64,000 bases of DNA from an uncultured Actinomycetes bacterium (lineage in GTDB: Bacteria > Actinomycetota > UBA4738 > JBBDTT01): the NCBI GenBank assembly GCA_963742735.1, contig CAVUMN010000004.1:1120001-1184000 (forward strand). Reading direction: 5' to 3'. The notes below the pieces were generated by a model. The model saw nothing but the letters and a program-made list of their open reading frames with translations. It did no database searches and was not told where the DNA came from. This document shows positions 58,612 to 64,000 of this stretch, in pieces; position 1 is the stretch's first letter; every line of letters begins with the position of its first letter. The translations under genes were made by a program, and so were the position numbers.

Positions 58612-59859
58612 GTGAAGGCGACGGGGAAGACGACCGAAGTCGACGTGCTTGTGGTCGGGGCGGGCCCCGGCGGATCGGCCACGGCCTATCACCTGGCCAA
58701 GCACGGGGTGAACGTCCTCTCGGTCGAGAAGGCCCGCTTCCCGCGCGAGAAGGTCTGCGGCGACGGGCTCACCCCGCGCGGCGTCCGCGCCCTGGCCCGG
58801 ATGGGCGTCGACCCAATGGACCCCGCGTTCGTCCGCGTCGACGGGCTCCGCAGCCACGCCCACGGCCACACCATCACGCTGCCGTGGCCGGCGCTGCGCG
58901 CGTTCCCCTCGTTCGGCGTCGTTCGCACGCGCCTGGACTTCGACCAGCTCCTGGCCCAGCGGGCCGAGAAGGCCGGGGCCATGCTGTGGGAGGAGACCGA
59001 GGCGGCCGCGCCCGAGGTCGACCCCTACCAGTGGGTGACCGGGGCCAGCGTGGTCCGCAACGGACAACCCGAGAACGTCCGCGCCCGCTTCGTGATCGCG
59101 GCCGACGGCGCCGCGTCACGGTTCGCCGGCCAGGCGGGCGTCCGGCGGGACCCGCAGCGTCCCCTCGGCATCGCCGCCCGCCGGTACTTCCGGAGCCCGC
59201 GCGCCCAGGAGCCGCTGCTTGAGTCGTGGCTCGACCTGGACGACCGGGGGCGCAACCTTCCCGGCTACGGCTGGATATTCCCGCTCGGCGACGGCGTGCT
59301 GAACGTCGGGGCCGGGCTCCTGGACACCTACCGGGACTTCCGCGACATCTCGGCGCGCAAACTGTTCGAGACGTTCGTGCGGATGCTGCCGGCCGAGTGG
59401 GGCCTGACCGAGGAGAACGCCATCGGGCCCCTGCTGTCGGGTCCGCTGCCGATGGGCATGAACCGCCGGCCGCTGTCCCGGCCGGGGATGCTCGTGGTCG
59501 GCGACGCCGGCGGCATCGTCAACCCGTTCAACGGCGAGGGCATCGCCTACGCGATCGAGTCCGGCGAGCTCGCCGCGGAGCTGATCTTCGAGGCGCTGGT
59601 CAAGGACCGCCCCGCGATCGCCCACCTGTACCCGACGATGCTCCGTCAGCGGTACGGCAGGTACTTCACCCTCGGACGGGCGTTCGTGAAGGTCATCGGC
59701 GACCCCCGGGTCATGCGCGCCGCCACCCGGTACGGGCTGCCCCGGCGCACCCTCATGGAGTGGCTGCTGCGGGTGATGGCCAACCTGACCGACGGCAAGG
59801 ACGGCGACGTGCAGGACCGGCTGTTCTACGCCCTCGAGCGAATCGCACCGGAGCGCTAG
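58612..59859 (+). CDS. menJ: Geranylgeranyl reductase family, menaquinone reductase MenJ-like
   Basis: VVGAGPGG, FPREKVCGDGLTPR, PGYGWIFP, GDAGG.VNPFNGEGI; lies before nuoA. Confidence 0.85.
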   Translation: MKATGKTTEVDVLVVGAGPGGSATAYHLAKHGVNVLSVEKARFPREKVCGDGLTPRGVRALARMGVDPMDPAFVRVDGLRSHAHGHTITLPWPALRAFPSFGVVRTRLDFDQLLAQRAEKAGAMLWEETEAAAPEVDPYQWVTGASVVRNGQPENVRARFVIAADGAASRFAGQAGVRRDPQRPLGIAARRYFRSPRAQEPLLESWLDLDDRGRNLPGYGWIFPLGDGVLNVGAGLLDTYRDFRDISARKLFETFVRMLPAEWGLTEENAIGPLLSGPLPMGMNRRPLSRPGMLVVGDAGGIVNPFNGEGIAYAIESGELAAELIFEALVKDRPAIAHLYPTMLRQRYGRYFTLGRAFVKVIGDPRVMRAATRYGLPRRTLMEWLLRVMANLTDGKDGDVQDRLFYALERIAPER

Positions 59860-60219
59860 ATGCTGCGCGACTACCTGCCCATCCTGATCCTGCTGGTGGT
59901 GGCGGGGGCGTTCGCGGTGCTGTCGCTGATGGCCTCGGCGCTGCTGCGGCCGAAGCGCCCGACGCCGGCGAAGCTGGCGCCCTACGAGTGCGGGATCGAG
60001 CCGGAACGGATCCCCAAGGGCGAGCGCTTCCCGGTCCGGTTCTACGTCGTGGCGATGCTGTTCATCATCTTCGACATCGAGACGATCTTCCTGTTCCCCT
60101 GGGCCGTCACGTTCCGCCAGCTCGGCCTGTTCGGGCTCGTGGAGATGGCGGTGTTCATCGGGCTGGTGTTCGTCGCCTACGTCTACGTGTGGCAGAAGGG
60201 CGGCCTGGAATGGGAGTGA
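59860..60219 (+). CDS. nuoA: NADH-quinone oxidoreductase subunit A
   Basis: PYECG, FDIET, KGGLEW. Confidence 0.96.
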   Translation: MLRDYLPILILLVVAGAFAVLSLMASALLRPKRPTPAKLAPYECGIEPERIPKGERFPVRFYVVAMLFIIFDIETIFLFPWAVTFRQLGLFGLVEMAVFIGLVFVAYVYVWQKGGLEWE

Positions 60220-60232
60220 GGGGGACCACGCG

Positions 60233-60741
<509 letters not shown>

Positions 60742-60745
<4 letters not shown>

Positions 60746-61239
60746 GTCCCGCCGAGCTGGCCGCGCGCCTCCGCGAGCGCTTCCCCGACGTCCTCGAGGC
60801 ACGGGGCGAGGTCACCGTGACCATCTCCGCGGCGGACGTGCTCCCAACGCTCCGGGCGCTCCGCGACGACGAGACCCTCGCGTTCGGGTTCCTGTCCTCG
60901 GTGGGGTGCACCGACTGGCCGGGAGCCGACCCGCGGTTCTGGCTGGCGTATCACCTCAAGTCGCTCTCGCACGGACACCGCGTCCGGGTGAAGGCCGGGC
61001 TCTCCGGCGAGGCGCCGCGGGTCGCGTCGGTCACGCCGATGTTCCCCACCGCGAACTGGGAGGAGCGGGAGGTCTTCGACCTGTTCGGGGTGACGTTCGA
61101 CGGCCACCCGGACCTCCGCCGGATCCTCATGCCCGACGACTGGGAGGGCCACCCGCTGCGCAAGGACGCCGGGCTCGGCGGCGTCAACGTCCCGTTCAAG
61201 GGCGCCCACATCCCGCCCCCGGACCAGCGGGCCTACTGA
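60742..61239 (+). CDS. nuoC: NADH-quinone oxidoreductase subunit C
   Basis: [28 protein letters not shown]. Confidence 0.95.
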
Positions 61240-62522
61240 TGAGCGACCAAGGCCTCCCGGGCACCGGCACGTTCGCCTCGTCGCAGAAGACGCGGATTCC
61301 TCGCCTGCGCGAGGACACCATGGTCGTCAACTTCGGCCCCCAGCACCCGTCGATGCATGGGGTGCTCCGGCTGGCCCTCGAGCTCGACGGCGAGAACGTC
61401 GTGTCCTGCCATCCGGTGATCGGCTATCTCCACACCGGCATCGAGAAGAACACCGAGGTCCGGACGTGGCAGCAGGGCGTGGCCTTCGTCACCCGGATGG
61501 ACTACCTGGCGCCGTTCTTCAACGAGACCGCGTACTGCCTGGCCGTGGAGCGGCTCCTCGGGATCGAGGCGCCGCCCCGGGCCCAGACGATCCGGGTCAT
61601 CGCGATGGAGCTGAACCGGGTCGCCAGCCATCTGGTGTGGCTGGCCACCAGTGGGCTGGAGCTCGGCGCGGTCTCGGTGATGCTGTACGGGTTCCGGGAG
61701 CGCGAGCGGATCCTCGACGTGTTCGAGGCCCTCACCGGCCTGCGCATGAACCACGGCTACGTCCGGGTGGGCGGGCTGGTCATGGACCTCCCCGACGACG
61801 GGATCGAGCGCATCCGCGCCCTCGTCCGCGACCTCCCCGGCCGCATCGACGAGTTCGAGGACCTGCTGTCGAAGAACCCGATCTGGATCGAGCGCAACCA
61901 GGGCGTGGGACACCTGCCGGCCGAGGACGCCCTCGCCCTCGGCGTGACCGGCCCCATGCTCCGCGCGAGCGGCGTCTCCTACGACCTGCGGAAGGACGAG
62001 CCGTATCTCGGGTACCAGGACTACGAGTTCGAGGTCCCCGTCCGGACCGAGGGCGACTGCCTGGCTCGGTACCAGGTCCGCATCGCGGAGATGCGGGAGT
62101 CCCTGAAGATCGTCGCGCAGGCCCTCGACCGGCTGCCGGGCGGCCGGGTGATGGTCGAGGACCCCCACCTGGCCTGGCCCGCGAAGCTCGAGGTCGGGCC
62201 GGACGGCATCGGCAACTCCGAGGCGTACGTGAAATACATCATGGAGGAGTCGATGGAGGCCCTGATCAACCACTTCAAGCTGGTGACGCAGGGCATCCGG
62301 GTCCCGGCGGGCGAGGTCTATCAGACGGTGGAGTCGCCCCGCGGCGAGCTCGGCTACTACGTCGTCTCGAACGGCGGCTACCAGCCGTACCGGGTCGCCG
62401 TGCGCGACCCCTCGTTCGTGAACCTGCAGTCGGTCCCGATGATGGTCACGGACCGGCTGATCGCCGACGTCATCGCCGTCGTGGCGAGCGTCGATCCCGT
62501 GATGGGCGGGGTGGACCGGTGA
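61239..62522 (+). CDS. nuoD: NADH-quinone oxidoreductase subunit D
   Basis: [38 protein letters not shown]. Confidence 0.97.
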   Translation: MSDQGLPGTGTFASSQKTRIPRLREDTMVVNFGPQHPSMHGVLRLALELDGENVVSCHPVIGYLHTGIEKNTEVRTWQQGVAFVTRMDYLAPFFNETAYCLAVERLLGIEAPPRAQTIRVIAMELNRVASHLVWLATSGLELGAVSVMLYGFRERERILDVFEALTGLRMNHGYVRVGGLVMDLPDDGIERIRALVRDLPGRIDEFEDLLSKNPIWIERNQGVGHLPAEDALALGVTGPMLRASGVSYDLRKDEPYLGYQDYEFEVPVRTEGDCLARYQVRIAEMRESLKIVAQALDRLPGGRVMVEDPHLAWPAKLEVGPDGIGNSEAYVKYIMEESMEALINHFKLVTQGIRVPAGEVYQTVESPRGELGYYVVSNGGYQPYRVAVRDPSFVNLQSVPMMVTDRLIADVIAVVASVDPVMGGVDR

Positions 62523-63108
62523 GCGCCGAGTTCGCCGAGATCGCCCAGCGGATCGTGGCCCGCTACCCGCATCCCCGCTCCGCGATGATGCCGCTGCTCT
62601 ACCTGGTCCAGGCCGAGGACGGCCACGTCTCACGCGAGGGCATGCAGCGCGTCGCGGAGGTCCTGGGCCTGACGACCGCCGAGGTCGAGGGGGTCGTCAC
62701 CTTCTACACGATGTACCAGCGGCCCCCGTGCGGGAAGTACGTCCTGTCGGTGTGCACCAACCTGTCGTGCGCGCTGCTCGGGGGGCGCCGGCTCCTGGAG
62801 ATCGCCCTCGAGGAGCTGGGCGAGGAGGCCCACCGCGGCGTCAGCGAGGACGGCATGATCACCGTCCACGAGGAGGAGTGCCTGGCCGCCTGCGAGACCG
62901 CGCCCGTGGTCCAGGTCAACTTCGCGAACTACGACCGCGTGACCCCCGACGGCATGCGCGAGCTGATCGCGGCGCTTCGCCGGGGCGAGCCGCCCGCGCC
63001 GTCACGCGGCGAGGCTCCCGGCGACCTGCAGGCGACCTCGCGGGTCCTGGCCGGCGTCGACGGGCCGCTGGACGTGCTGCGCCCCGGCCCTCCGGTGGAG
63101 GACGGCGC

Positions 63109-63112
<4 letters not shown>
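62519..63112 (+). CDS. nuoE: NADH-quinone oxidoreductase subunit E
   Basis: TFYTMY, CTNLSC, ECLAAC. Confidence 0.95.

Positions 63113-64000
<888 letters not shown>

Overview
High-GC actinobacterial chromosome segment; the rex-hem, Rv0500A-bS22-Rv0501-Rv0502 and menJ-nuoA synteny points to Actinomycetota, probably a deep-branching class (inference). Core content: typA, dCTP deaminase, lon, class A PBP, a SigK/RskA-like pair, rex-cysG(N)-hemA-hemC-cobA/hemD-hemB-hemL, a b6-like Rieske/cytochrome b operon with a ferredoxin, ccdA, menJ and nuoA-F (nuoF is cut off). Main observations: (1) four dispersed elements of about 125-220 bp, each bounded by two copies of a 20-bp ATATMGC-N6-GCKATAT palindrome, sit at accessory-gene junctions, and two lie directly downstream of paralogous orphan XRE-HTH genes; (2) a BCP-type peroxiredoxin has an in-frame UGA at the peroxidatic Cys position followed by a SECIS-like hairpin, so it is probably a selenoprotein; (3) an AT-richer island at 10.1-13.6 kb truncates a DHFR-family gene and looks like an orphan toxin C-terminus plus immunity array; (4) a Clp1-type RNA kinase sits next to bS22; (5) there are three Rex operators, several small ORFs missed by the ORF track, probable CTG starts, and a cluster of frameshifts in hem genes that are likely sequencing errors. 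No rRNA, tRNA, CRISPR array, integrase or transposase was recognised. All calls were made by eye; no database searches were run.
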